Source of the DNA: Pelomyxa schiedti
Taxonomy: Eukaryota; Protista; Evosea
NCBI GenBank assembly: GCA_020536535.1
Contig: JAHLWZ010000810.1
Coordinates: 73,122 to 127,055 of the forward strand
Length of the DNA: 53,934 bases
Direction: 5' to 3'
Of this stretch, positions 20,277 to 37,500 are shown piece after piece. The notes under the pieces were generated by a model. That model did not search any database, was not told the DNA's origin, and was given only the letters and a program-made list of their open reading frames with translations. Each line of letters begins with the position of its first letter. Positions within the stretch are counted from its first letter, which is position 1. The translations under genes were made by a program, and so were the position numbers.

Positions 20277-22792
20277 TTAATAACCAGGCAAATGATGGAT
20301 GGAGGAAGACTCACCAAATACACCACAGTCAGACCCGTTTGTTTGCAGAGGGATAGTGTCAGGCTGGTAGAAGGGCCAACCAGAAACATCAACGTCCACG
20401 TGCCTTGCCTTGGCTTCTGCTTCCAATAGATTCCTCAATAACTGTGGGAGTGTCGGTGCAGTAATTATGAGCATTAAAGTGCCCTCACTTGTAAGCAACG
20501 ATCATTTGGTGAATGGAAAGAGTCGTAGTATTCAAATCGCTTGTCTCTGATGTTGATCACGGCTAGGCACCAGTGGTTGCCAGCTTATAGTTGTGTTGGT
20601 AAAACTGTTATAGTTGACACATTGTGGAGAATACATTGATGAATAGGAAATAGAAGCATGTCCATATTAAAGATGTCTACTTTGCTTGACCATTTCTTGA
20701 CTCTGTCATAACTCCTTGACAGCAGGGGGTAAAAGAAGGTGTTGAAAAAGTGGCAGTGCGGGAGGTCTTTAGACTTCCGTGACCGCTCCTGTAAAATTTC
20801 CATATACAAGTTGATCACTTCATCATTCAGCCAAGCACCAGGTTTCAGTGTTAGTATGTCGGCCTGAGTAAGACGCTCAGAAAACGCCTTAATATCTGCA
20901 GTTTTATCCTCATCGCGTTTTGATCCCAGGGCAATGGTAACAAGGCGTTGTTCTGATGTCGTAAGTGGGCGGGTTGATTGAGATCTTTTTGTGTTAGAAA
21001 TGTGATTAATGAGTGAACTCTCACTTCAATTTTTTTATTCTCTCTTCCTCTTGTCTTTGCTGTTCCAAAACCCGCACCTTCAACTGTAATTTCCCCACCC
21101 GTGTTATTCATGATTTTAATTATGGCATTGGAAACCATGTTCATGACTACTTGTTCCCTGCGTTGGACAGCTTCTTCTTGAGAAATTTCTAGCTGTTTCA
21201 AACGGCGGTTCAAGTCATTCATTCTGATAGAAGTGAAAATTTGCGTCGAGTGAAGTGCAGGGTACCTTTCATCCATGAATTCAGCCTTCCAGGAGTAGGA
21301 AGGGGGTAAAGTGGTGGATGCTCGTGGCAATGAAAAAGCTATCTTTACATCGGAAGTTTCTGGAATGGCAATAGACGTTTTGAGAGGAGTTGGTGGCTGG
21401 GTATCTGAGTCGCTGTCACTAATCACTATAACTTCACTTTCCTAGCACCATGTTAATGAACCTACGTGGACATTATATATACTGGTAAGGGTTTTTTCTT
21501 TTCAGGACTGAGGGTTCTTTCAATTTCTTCCTCGAGTATCATGCCTACGATTAGTGAGACAAGCCGACACAAAGGAAAGGAGAATTACTTCGTGCCGTGA
21601 TAGTGGAGTGCCTCAGAGGGGTAAATCTATTTGAATCAGACTACGTATGTTAACACTTGAAACAGTAAAGTGTCACTACCAGTGTGCCCAAAAAATGATT
21701 TGGCGAGGAGACCTCATCTCCTTCCACTGAGCTAGCTGTACTAGAAAGCAGTCTTGGAGGTTCGTGCCTGCGTTGTGCTGGTGTTGATGGCGGGGTGTTT
21801 CTTAAGTAATTGGGGGCACCGATTCTCTCAGAATCAACTTCAGTGAATGACATTGTCGCATAGGTATCCCCTAAAGACGTGGAATGTGAAGAAACTGTTG
21901 ATGCAACGTTTCCATTTGAAAGCGGTTGGTAGTGCAGTGATCGAGGGTCAACTGGAGCGTGGTTCTGAGGAGGAAAGGAATCATCATGGGGAAAGCAATA
22001 GTCTACGGAACGGCTAAAAAGAAGACATTACCCAGGAGAAAGAGAATGATACTTACAAGTTGTGGCTGTTTTCTATGCCATTCGGTACGATAATACTTGC
22101 AGCCTCTTGGCTGAGGGAAAGTGAGCGCTGGGTTCCTTCGTCAGTACTGTGATGGCGAGTTCGGAGGGGTGTTGAAGTTTGATAGTGGTTTCGGTTGGAA
22201 GGTGTAGTAGTAATTGAGGATTGGGTCACAGATGGTTTAGTTTTAGTGACCGTTTTTGTGGGAGTTGTGGTGACAAATGCTGTAGAAGTAGCAGACGACG
22301 TCGTGGTGTGTGACACTTGGTCCGAGAAAAGTACTGTAACGGGTTTCGATGGTGAAGCCCAGCTCATCAAATTGCCTGAATAAAAGAATAGCTCCGTTAG
22401 TGCTATTATAATGTGTCATAGTAGTACGTACTGAAGAACTTGAGAGGTGATGTTATTGGTGCAAAGGCCTTCAAAACACTGCTACTTGCTTTTGCCCAAG
22501 ACGGAGAACTGACACGAGGAGGCTCCGAAACAGCGCGTTTAGCACGTTTTGGTGCCGGCGAAGTCGGCAAAGTGAGTGCCGAAGAGACTGTGGGTATGAC
22601 TTCTTCTGCAGAGTCAACGGGTTCTTCGAGATCACCAAATGGATGCGATATAGCCGCTCGGTTGCGTTTCCTCCCCAATGCCGATGGTGCCCGGTTCACG
22701 AACATCAGCACTCTTTTTTTTTCTTTTTTGGATCTGGACAAGAAAGAAAAGCCGTGCAGATCTGGCGGGCAATTAACTGCGACAGACGCCAA
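20277..22792 (-). CDS. Ulp1/SENP-family SUMO-specific cysteine protease (peptidase C48), multi-exon.
   Basis: The catalytic-domain exons read ...MINLYMEILQERSRKSKDLPHCHFFNTFFYPLL...VDIFNMDMLLFPIHQ (the His box; compare WLNDEVINFY...FNTFFY...VDIF...PIH) and LQTNGSDCGVFGES (the catalytic Cys box QxNgxDCGvF). The N-terminal exons are long and Ser/Thr-rich. Confidence 0.8.
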
Positions 22793-22899
22793 GGTGTCAA
22801 TGAAAAAATGAACGAAGGAATCGTCCAGTCAGGCATAAATAAAAGAAAAAGCACAACAAAATCTTGTCTTGGCAAACGGTAGTGGCAAAAGGAGATGAA

Positions 22900-24037
22900 T
22901 CAAGATTTCATGGGAACAAGAGCTACATCCTCAACGTTTATTTGGTCTCCGCTGACTGAACTCAGGTGTGCTGTCAGTTGCCCTTTATTGCAATAGTCAG
23001 ATGTATATCTTACTCTGAGGGAGTCTTTGTGTACCTGTACTGAACTGGAAAAACCTATACAATGCGGGATTCGTTTTGTAGTGGTGGAGCCATTCGTCAC
23101 AAGACAGGCTCCCATCATTGTTGTCATCTGCCGCGAAAATCTAATTCCAGTTAATGGCAAAAGAACCTAAGTTCGAGGGCTTACAGCTGTTACAAACTGA
23201 TCGATCTCCGTCTTTGAAGTCAGCTGATTTGTGAGCGCTTTAACTAAAATTGCAGGTAACATGGAAAGACATTAAATAAAAGTTAACCCCATTTTATGTT
23301 CATAGGCAAATCAGCGTATATCACGAACGGGGAAGAGGAAAAATACTCTTTGCGGCTCTTTCAGAGGCTGATGCTGGAGTTTCTGCCTCACCAGTGCTAG
23401 AGTACTTAAACATCATGAGCAAAACAGTGCTTTTTACTGCCTTAGCTATGGACTCACGAAGTTCATCTCGTGTAATGCTTCCATCGTGGTTCAAATCGCA
23501 GGATTGAAACAGCATTTTGGCCTATAAAAGAGTGTGAATACTCCGGGTTAAAAAAAAGCCCGAGACCTTGGCATCAGCATCGCCTTGAGCAAGAATTGCC
23601 ATCTGACAGTGGTCAGAAGTGAACAATCGTGGTGTATTAGACAGTTAGGTATTTATTTCATCGATGAAACTTGTTGGACTCAATACCCCAGATGCCAAGT
23701 TCTGGAAGGAAACTCTTCCTGTATGATCCTAACATAACACAAAGTCAATTGTTAAGTTCAAACACTACAATCTTATATTAGACAGGTGCGTGATTAACGG
23801 TGATTGCTCTAATATTACCTGGTCCAGAAGTTCGAACAACGCAAAGGCAAATCCTCGTTCCTGCACAGCAGGGACATCAGGAAAAGCAGGAGCCATTCTG
23901 CCCATGAACTCCACAAAGTGGTCACGGTCCATCACCGTGTATTTGTTACCAGAGCGCAACCACTCCTCAAACAACAGCTGCACCTGTTCCACCCCCAATC
24001 CCGTACTCTTGGCCACATCCAGGCACTGACCCAACAT
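22900..24037 (-). CDS. EF-hand calcium-binding protein (multi-exon).
   Basis: The minus-strand exon at 23321..23515 contains a canonical EF loop, DLNHDGSITRDELRESI. The exon at 23765..24037 starts with MLGQ... and reads FVEFMGRMAPAF...AFALFELLDQ. Confidence 0.45.
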
Positions 24038-24463
24038 ATCAGTTGTTTCTCATACTTCATTTTCATTGAGCAATGGAGGGATGATTACATACAGAGACAC
24101 CGCCAACAATTTTTTCTTTCCCGTGGCCTTGTCCCATTGCAGTTTCTCCCCCTTTTTGTTTTCCTTTGAAGTTTTTCTTCAATCACAAAAAAAAAAGCTT
24201 CCGTGATGGTTCTCAGAGTGAAGCTTTTATTTTGCCCAAAATGGAGGCAGCGTTGGCCTTGGGAGTGTACTGAGTACGATTGGAGGTGTCTGAAGAAGAC
24301 AAGGGGAGGGGAGGTGGTACACAGTCTATGGATGAATCCACCAGCCATTGGGCCCAGCAGTAGGGTCTCCCCACTTCGCAGTTGGTGAAGTCAAGGTCCC
24401 TGTTGGTTGGTGAGGGACATGGACAAGGGAGGAAAGGGGGTAATTGAGGGGGATAGGTAGATA

Positions 24464-24481
24464 GATAGATACCTTGGTGCG
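24464..24481. repeat. (AGAT)n microsatellite.
   Basis: agatagatagatagatac. Confidence 0.8.
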
Positions 24482-25129
24482 ATGTATCTGGTAGAAATGC
24501 TGGGAGATGTTACTCCGTCGTCTCCTTCAAAGAGGGATAAAAGAAGTGGAATGTGGGATTGGTGTGTTGGCCTAACGGTGATAAGGTGCAGGTGCTGCAG
24601 GTAGTGAAATTCGATTGAGAATGGTTGCTCTAGAACAGCAGGTCTAAGGAGGAAGTATGTTGGAGGAGACTTACTTGAATTGTTCTGAGTGTTATAAGAC
24701 AGCAGCAGATACAGAGGGTGGGCTGTGTAAATGGATTCCGGGGTGATGGGTTCAGCAGTAAAAACTCGAATTGGATTTTTAGTAACTTTTTTCGAAGTGC
24801 CCTCTATTGGTTTTTTAGAATAAAAATTTCACATTTTTGGGATAATACCTCTACTTTGAAGGGTCAGGGGAGTGGAGACGTCACCGAGAATATCTATCTG
24901 AAACTGGTTTTCTACGAGGCTATATTAGTGCTACTCAACATGAAAGCTACTTATTGCTTTAAAGGTGGGGGAAGTAGTATTACCGAAATGTGTTTTCGTT
25001 GCAACAAGGAAATTCTTTGCCAAAATGTACAAAGGAGTGGGAAGTAAATTGATCTTTGGGTCTTGGGGTGTGTTGAAATCACTTATGCCTTTTATAAATG
25101 GTCGTATTTGATCACATGTCTAGATTGAA

Positions 25130-25800
25130 GTATAAATAAACGAACAAGTTATGGAGTTTAGATCTACTTTCTGAATGGGGGTAAGGCGGGACTGTAAACT
25201 TTCCAAAGTTTTCATTTTTGAAGCACGCTGTTCCGAGAGTGCTTTCACTTTTGCCTTCAGCGATTGTATTTTTTCTTGCTGCCTATCAGAAGTGCAAGAT
25301 AAGGCTTTCAGTTTTCAGATAGCGGAGGGGATACGTTTTTCGTAGCTGAAGTTCAAAAGCGAGTCTGCATAAATTAAGCTGGTGGTCGTGGTCTGGCGAG
25401 AGAGGGTTCAAAGAGGCGCGCATAGTAGCAGAAGCATTTTGCAAAAAGAAGTCCATACTGACAAGAGAAACTTCAATGTTGTTTCTAGTAGCATGTTAGT
25501 GGTGGGGTCGTGCCAAAAAAAAAAAAATTACTGTGAGAGTTTGGCACACACATGGACGACATCCAAGGGATGGCACGTGCTTCTGATTTCAGGTGGTCAC
25601 GCTTGTAGTGTGCCTTGGCGCATGTCAAGGCAGTACTGTCAGACTGGGCTTTTGCTGCTTGTACATCCGCGTCAGCCTTCGTGACTTCGTGCTCCAACTG
25701 CACTGGATTAACCACACGGTGTTCACCAGAAAACAACAACCCACTTTGTGCGCGAGTGCCTTGAGTCGTAAAACCAAAGCCGTGGCTTGAGCACAACAGC
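25130..25800 (-). CDS. Possible small coiled-coil protein (2-3 exons), about 95-150 aa.
   Basis: Hand translation of the minus strand gives MDFFLQNASATMRASLNPLSPDHDHQLNLCRLAFELQLRKT | QQEKIQSLKAKVKALSEQRASKMKTLESLQSRLTPIQKVDLNSITCSFIYTSI*. The upstream ORF at 25485..25796 reads LEHEVTKADADVQAAKAQSDSTALTCAKAHYKRDHLKSE. Confidence 0.25.
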
Positions 25801-26187
25801 CACTGGGCGGAGGCGAAAACAGCAACCCTCGCAGCGACGATATCACATCCTGTGCCGCACTGTTACAGGGGTGCATGGGAAAAAAACTAACAATGAAAAA
25901 GGGGGGAAAAAAAAGTTCACGGTGGCGGGTGTACGGTAATTAAACACACTGCTAACACGGGAGAAACAATTGTGCATAAGAGTAATGTGCATCTATACAA
26001 GGAGGAAATACGATGAAGGGTGACTTTGGTGGAACTGCCTCGTTTATTAATTAGTTCTATGGAATGATGCTTGGCGACATGCCGAATTCGTCATGACCGG
26101 GGGTTGGTGTCAAGATTAGTCTATTTGTTGGCACTAGTTGCCTGCTACGTGGTGTTAATAATAATGTAATCCTGAGATCTCATTTTA

Positions 26188-28569
26188 TTGTCAAAAACCA
26201 ACCAACCAGCCCTTGATCTCGAGACACCCATGAGCAGGCTCTGTTGTATCATTGTCGTCGTTACGGCAGCGATGGTTCTTGGAAGTGATGTTACAAGGCC
26301 TATGACCAGTACACTCTCTGTTTCTTTGAGAAAGATATCTCCGTCTCTGTGTGCACCAGGTGCCAAGGAAGCTGACATGACGTTATCAAATTACATGAAT
26401 GGTACGTTTTCCCCGGCCGATACTCTCTTTTTTTGACCGTATTCCACAGCACAGTACTTTGGAGAAATCGGGATTGGTACACCTTCTCAAGTCTTTCGTG
26501 TTGTACCTGATACTGGATCAAGGTATGACTGTAGTAATGTTCGTGGTTTAACTTAAGATAGCAATTTGTGGATTCCGAGCTCGCATTGCTTCTGGTAGTA
26601 CTTTGGAAGTCTTAAAATAGGTCTAACTTATGTAGGCCTCCTTGTCTTATGCATCATCAATATCATCACGATCATTCCTCGACTTTCCTTGGTTGGTTAT
26701 CTTTCATCTGACATATAAAATACCAACGATTTTTATTGCAGCCAACGGTACTGAATTTCAGATTGCTTATGGGACAAGAGGTAATTTGTGTGCAACTTAT
26801 TCATTCAACTTGTGATTTCGATGCAGGAAGACTGAAAGGTTACCTCAGTGAGGATACAGTCTCAGTGGGTGAGATTGCTGTGATCAATCAGGTAATAACA
26901 AGTCTTGCGTTCTCCCCCGACTTACCTTTAACAGACATTTGCTGAAGTAATTCGCCTTTTTTTCTTTTTATGCCCATTCTGATTTCTTTCATATACAAAC
27001 AGTTAACTACACTTATTGGAATAAAGTAATGGTACTCTGCCGAAAAATGATATCTAACAAGACTCCTAGTTTTCTTCTTGCAAAGTTTGATGGGATACTT
27101 GGTAAGCCAGTTTTGGGTCTGGGTTATGTCCAATACCTAAAAAAGGAGTTGGATTTCCTGAAATTTCTGTTGATGGAGTGCCTACTTTGTGGCAAAGCAT
27201 GATGAATCAGCATCTAATTGATCAACCTGTGATATCGTTTTATTTCAGCAAGTTGACATCCCCTCCTCTTGTCCATTCTAACTTTTCAAAGTGATCTGAC
27301 AAGCAAAGAAGCCGTATCGCTGTCTATACTTCCCTTTAATATGTTCATTTTTTCTATTCTGTATAGGGAGGTGAAATGTTGATCGGTGGTTTGTCAACAT
27401 CACATTTCAAAGGAGAAATCGCTTACACGTGTGCCTGTTTTGAATGCTGTCTTTTCCATCTCATTTGTAACAGACCCGTCACAAGAAAGGCCTACTGGCA
27501 AGTCAAGGCAACTGATATGAAGATTGGGGAGGTTGTCAAGTCTGCCTTTTTTTTCGTTTAACGCTTTTCTGCTAGACATCTCTATGTGTCGACAAGGACT
27601 GCCAGGCAATCATCGGTATGTGTAGGCTCTTAGCATTGTACCCTGACAAAGTGGATAGATACCGGTACCTCACTTATAGGCGGCCCGAAGGACGCCATTG
27701 ATTTGATTCATAAGGTACCTCTAACTCAACAGTATTTTTTCACATTAATATGTTGCAGTCGCTGAATGTGTCGGGAAAACCGTATGGTAAATACATCTCG
27801 CTTTGCCTCATGTGTTAATACTTGTGCAGTATCGCCATGTGCCGCTATTGTCAACAGGAAAGGACCACAGATTGCTAAAATGATAGCCCACACCCAATTC
27901 CTAGAAGTGACCCTTTAACCCATGCATTAATTGGAGCTCACCATCTAAGCAGGATATTTGCACTACAATTGGATTGTGTCCTAATACTAGATTTTGCCCC
28001 ACTTGCGAATCGTGCGCATTCACTCCTGAGCAATACGAAGACTTATACTTTGCTAGGATAATCTCATGGTTAAATGCTGAAGGCTCTCCCGAGGAAAGAT
28101 CAGTGAAGAACATTCTCGCCTCTATGCAACAGTTTTGCTCTGCAAACTCAATAGTGAGTACCTTCATACAAGACTCGTTCATCTTACCTTGTTTCGCTAG
28201 ACCCCACCTGGAATCGTGACAGTGCCATGTGAACAAATTCCTGTATTGCCTGATTTTACAGTGTCTTTTGCAGGCACACCATCTTTCAGCCTGGTCAGTT
28301 CCCACCAACGCAACACCACCACTAACGTGTACACAGAAGGCAGAAGACTATATCCTTCAACTCCAAGAGGGAACCAAAACCGTATGTCTCAGTGGATTCA
28401 TGGCTTTTGATTTTGGAGAGCATGACCCCCTATGGTTCCATTCTACTCGACATGTAACTTTCCTCACAATATCCACCCTAGGCTTCTTGGAGATGTGTTT
28501 TTACGTAAGTACTACACGGTGTTCGACTTTGGGCAGGCCAGAGTGGGTTTCGCTCCGAGTGCCCCGTAA
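26188..28569 (+). CDS. Pepsin-like (A1 family) aspartic protease, cathepsin D/E-like, with at least 9 exons.
   Basis: A signal-peptide-like exon reads [18 protein letters not shown]. The first catalytic exon reads [24 protein letters not shown], then NLWIPSS. Further exons read [74 protein letters not shown] and [19 protein letters not shown] (the second catalytic DTGTS). The last exons read [10 protein letters not shown] and [31 protein letters not shown]. Confidence 0.9.
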
Positions 28570-29019
28570 GGGTAGGTTGGGTTACTCTCACATCAATGGA
28601 ATTGATGGAGAAATAGCAAAAAGAAAATAGAATTTCTTTCTATTACAGTTGTGTTCGCCGCGATATTTGCGGAAAATAAGGCAATGTCGGGACGCAGCGG
28701 TAGCGCCACGATGGAGCACTTGATCGAACTACAAAAATGTTGGTGTTTCACCCCCTTCACTAGATTAATCTGTTGTTTGTTGCCGATTCGTTGGATGTAA
28801 CGTTACGGTCACCAACAACCAACAAACACAAATAAAGGGGTCGAAGATGTTCTCGACCAAAACAACGCACTCGAATACGCCTCTGGTGCAGAAGACCCCA
28901 ACGAAACCGACGACGAGGACCCCTTCGCCTTCCTCTCGGACGACAACAGCACCACCACCGCCAACAGCAGCAGCAGCGACGACAAGAACGCCGTATCGCC
29001 ACAACCCAAGAAGCGGCGC

Positions 29020-30197
29020 GTGGACGAGGCATCAGCAGACTCGGCCTCGGCCGCGGCTTCGTCCTCCCCCGGCACACTCATAAAGAAGGAGGAAGACGAC
29101 GCCGGCGGTGACGCCGAAGCCGAAGCCGAGGCCGCCGCGCCGCTCTCGCCGCCGCCGACGCCCGTGAGATCCACGGCGGCGGCCGCCGCGGCCGTGGCGA
29201 GCCAGGGCGGCTCATACAACGTGCTGCTCAACAGGCTCAAGGACAAAATAGCGCGGGTCCACGAGGAGGAAATGAATTGTGGGGTGCGGGACCAGGAGCA
29301 CAACAGGCAAGTGATCGAGAAGTGGAAGGAGTACCACGTCCGCAAGGCCCAGGCCATCGCCGATGGGCTGCCGATTCCGCCCGAACCGGTGTTTCCGCAG
29401 TCCAGGAAGTCGCTCAAGAAAGAGTCCACTCTCGCTACCAAGGACAGGATCCTTCACCCCGGGGGCCCTACACCGTGGCAAATGAGAAGAGCAAACTTTG
29501 GAAGCGGAAGCGGAAGCTTTGGGAGTGGAAACTTTGGTGGCAGTGGAGGTGGAGGAGCTTACCAGCACATACAGAATTCCCGTAGTCCTCACCAAGCGCG
29601 ATTTCCTGCTCGTGAAGCAGAGTACGAACGGCCAAAGGTTTGGCTTGTGCTAGTTTTCATTCTAAACAGTAACTGCTATGTTTTATTGAAACTCCTCTCT
29701 GGCTTTTTATAATTCTTATTTTTGTTCTTACTCTGTTTAATACTCAGAGCACTGTTATTTATAATGCGTTGGACTTTGGGGACAAACCTGACGATGCTGC
29801 TCCAAATACACCCAAACGAGCAAAACCAAAAAAACTCTTACAAAAAGCTCTTGCAACTGAAAAGAAATTGCGGGCAATGCCAGAGGAAGAAAGAAGAGCG
29901 GTTTCACCTTTCTCAAGATGTGTTGCATAACTCATGAATGATCAACAGGAGGAAAACAAAATGGAATGGAACAAAGCTATCAAGAAATCTAAAGGAGAGC
30001 GAGTATACGAGAGCACCGGCGCACTCATGAGAAAAGTAAACAAGGATTTGAAACAAAAAGTACATAGTGCAAAGAAATGGTGTGTTTCCTTCTTGAATGT
30101 AGAACGCAGTTTGTCTAATGATGCACTAGGGCCGAACGAGACCGCCACCTTCAAGAGTCCATGGCTGAGCGGCAACAAGCCAGAACACAACGGGTAA
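29020..30197 (+). CDS. Hypothetical basic, nucleolar-like protein. It has a GC-rich Ala/Ser/Gly-rich 5' exon and Lys-rich downstream exons.
   Basis: The 230-aa ORF begins MDEASADSASAAASSSPGTLIKKEEDD...YNVLLNRLKDKIARVHEEEMN...KWKEYHVRKAQAIADGLPIPPEPVFPQSRKSLKKE. Downstream frames read ...FGDKPDDAAPNTPKRAKPKKLLQKALATEKKLRAMPEEERRAV and ...WNKAIKKSKGERVYESTGALMRKVNKDLKQKVHSAKK. Confidence 0.4.
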
Positions 30198-30765
30198 CAG
30201 ACAAAAAAACTAGTTCTACAACAAAATCACCCAAGGTATACATCCCAAACCTTATGCAGTTGAACCTACAACAAACACAAAAACCAACAAAAACAAAATT
30301 TTCTCATCAACACCCAGAAACCCAATAACTTGAGGAGGCCCGGCTTCGAGGGAAAAAGACGCCAGTTCCTCAACAGATAACTTTTCACAAAAGGGAAATT
30401 TGAAATGCTATTTGGCCTATTCATTTTATTTTGACGTTTGTTTCTGATAATTCAAGTTTATTCAAGTAGTGCATCGCATTCTTCTTTTCCACAAACATCA
30501 AACAAATAAAAAAACCTGCCTGCGGCAGATCTGTGGGGGTACCGAAGGCAAGCGGAATGGGATCTTGTGGTTCGCACACGAGAGCGTGTGTGGCAGTGAG
30601 AGTCTATGTTGGCGCATTTAACACAACAACAGAAGAAAGAACTTGAAATTCGTTGTTTCACCTAGTGGTGGCGACTACCGCACTCTTGCTGATGGTTTGT
30701 TACACTTTCTTTTCGTATGATCGGGGACGTTTTACTGAAAGGGGAAACAAAAAAAAAATGAAGCT

Positions 30766-32546
30766 GTGGCGAATAGCCCCGCTGGCGCCAGAATCACTGT
30801 AAAACCCGGCACATATGATGAAAAGCGGGATGTACATATCGACAAACCGTTGAACATCACTGGCACAGATGGCGCCACCATAAATGGGAACATTGTAATT
30901 AACCTTAGCTCTGATGTGGGAAAAACAGAAAGGTGTGCCAGAATTTTCTCGTATTCATGGGAAAATACTAACTTAAAAACAGAGTAGTTATAGAAACTTT
31001 GGCTCTGACCTGTAGCCGTAGTATACCAGCCGTCCACATCACTTCTGGACAAGCTATGCTTGTTTCATGTACAATATCAGGTAAGGCGTTGTGTACACGC
31101 CAAGAACCTCACACTCCTAAGGTGGGAAAGATGGACTCGCAGTCCAGGGCAGAAACGGATTTCCCGTACTGCATGCTTGCTCCATCGTTTCCGCAGAGCG
31201 TGCTAGTGTCGTTTTCAGTGATCATGCACAAGGTCAGTTGCATCATTGCATTCTATCCGGTTCCGCTACTGTAACTCTGCTCCTTTACTGGTATAATTAT
31301 TGATACCCAACCTCAGGGCATCATCATTGAAAGTGAATCTGAGCCCCTTTTTTTCAACTGTAGTATCACACACTGCGGTACTGGAATGCATGCTCGTGAA
31401 AGTGCCAAGGGTTACTTCACCAACTGTACATTTGAACACAATAACAAGCCAGGGGTACTTGTGACCACAAGGGCAAATCCAGTTCTAGACCATTGTAGCA
31501 TAGGGGCTGGTGAGAGCAATGGCATCTTCGTGCGCGACGAAGGCATGGGAATATTTACCGTATGTGAGATTTGGGGCAATGCTCTCCCAGGAGTGGCAAC
31601 GTGCACAGGAGGTGACCCGATTGTCAGTGGATGCATTGTACGGGATGGCAGAAACGCTGGAATTTTGGTATATGATAGTGGAAGGGGTGTTGTCAATGGC
31701 TGCATGGTCAGACAGAACATTATGCCTGGTGTTGAAGTGCGAGCAGGAGGCAATCCCGTAATTAATTCCTGCTCAATTTTTAAAGGAGACAGCAATGGCG
31801 TCTATGTTCACAATAGGGGATGCGGACTCTTCAATTCCTGCAGCATATACGAGAATGTATTACCTGGGGTCGCAGTGCGCACAAGTGGCATGCCTATACT
31901 TGTGGGCAGCAAATTAACCACTGGCAAAGACAACGCTGTGTTGATCTGCGATCGTGGCCGCGGGGCCTTTATTCAATGTGAATTGATTGGATATAGCACA
32001 CGACCTATGGAAGTCAGGGACGGGTGCACACCATTTTTACATGAATGTGTCACCCATGATGGCAAACATGCCACAGTTTTACAATGGCTGGAGCAAATTC
32101 CTCTCCATTCCATGACTGACCCGGACCCATTTCAGCCATACACCGGAAGCAGTTTTATCCCAACACCTTCCAATTTGGGGCTCAGTGGTGGTGATACCAT
32201 ACTCAGCAGCAAAGTGGAGATAGGAGTTGGCCCAGCACCGTGGGCAGCAAGTGACAGTGGTGGCGTGGGGCCTAATGGAGCTACAGTGAGCACTGGAGTT
32301 GGATTACCTCCTGGAAGCAACTGTAATATTGTGGAACTAAATGTAGATGCCTCTGCAACAACTAAACAAGCAACACCACATCAGCCCACACCAGAAAGTC
32401 ACCCTACAGACACTCAAGATGAACCTTCTCCAGAGCACCCAACCACCACGGAGGCTCCACTCTGCCTCACAACCACCAAACAACCGGCTGAACGGCGTTC
32501 GTCCATTGCCTCCCTCTCCGAAGAATTTGAAAACCAAGGTATATAA
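30766..32546 (+). CDS. Right-handed parallel beta-helix (PbH1/CASH) repeat protein, FBXO11-like. C-terminal Pro/Thr-rich tail.
   Basis: There are about 9 tandem 22-23-aa repeats of the form NxGIxVxxxGxGxxxxCxIxxNxxPGVxVxxxGNPxIxxCxI. Examples are NGIFVRDEGMGIFTVCEIWGNALPGVATCTGGDPIVSGCIV, RNAGILVYDSGRGVVNGCMVRQNIMPGVEVRAGGNPVINSCSI and NGVYVHNRGCGLFNSCSIYENVLPGVAVRTSGMPILVGSKL. The 5' exon reads ITVKPGTYDEKRDVHIDKPLNITGTDGATINGNIVI. Confidence 0.7.
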
Positions 32547-32979
32547 TTAAAAAATGTTTCATATGTAAAAACAAATGGTGCTGTTTGGCACTCTTTAATT
32601 ACTTGAGTGTTTTTCTCTTTTGTTGATGGATTTGGTGTCAGGGAGAAACATTCAGAACAGCCCAGGGATTTTTAGAGCGTTGCTACCTTTGGGCCACTTA
32701 GACTTTGCTTTTTCTGGGTCTGTGTGCCCCAAACCAAGTATTACACCGTCTTCAATGACCACCGGTTCCTCTGGTACCAACAGAGGGTTAGTTTGCACAA
32801 CTAAAGAAATAGGTAGGGCAACACACCATCATCTTCTAATGTTTCGGTAAGCCTACGGTCCTTTGAAATTATACCCACTTCCCAGCCGGCCATTTGGCTG
32901 GGAGGAATATTGAGCCGCTGGGCAATGAGTGACTTGAGGTGAGCCAGAGAACTGTCCTGATTTCATGTTAGAAGGGGTC

Positions 32980-37330
<4,351 letters not shown>

Positions 37331-37500
37331 TCAATCTCCAATCTCCTGCAACTCACTGTGGGACTCGAAAGAGGCATTCTGAGAGTGATGTAGTGCGGAC
37401 AAGGTGAGGCACGGTGGGTGGGATGTGCTGAAGAATGTCCAAATGGCCAATCAAACGTGGAAGCGGAAGACAGGGAAAAAAAAAAAAAAGAAAAAGAAAA

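Noticed and set aside
28690-28745. tRNA-like fragment (gcagcggtagcgcc...gatcgaac).
   Set aside because: I could not fold it into a cloverleaf with a 7-bp acceptor stem, anticodon arm and GTTCGAATC-type T-loop. It is most likely chance similarity in the 3' region of the protease gene.
28809-29441. 210-aa minus-strand ORF and several other plus and minus ORFs inside the 28850-29600 GC island.
   Set aside because: All six frames are open in GC-rich sequence. Only the plus frame starting at 29020 continues into protein-like, normal-composition exons.
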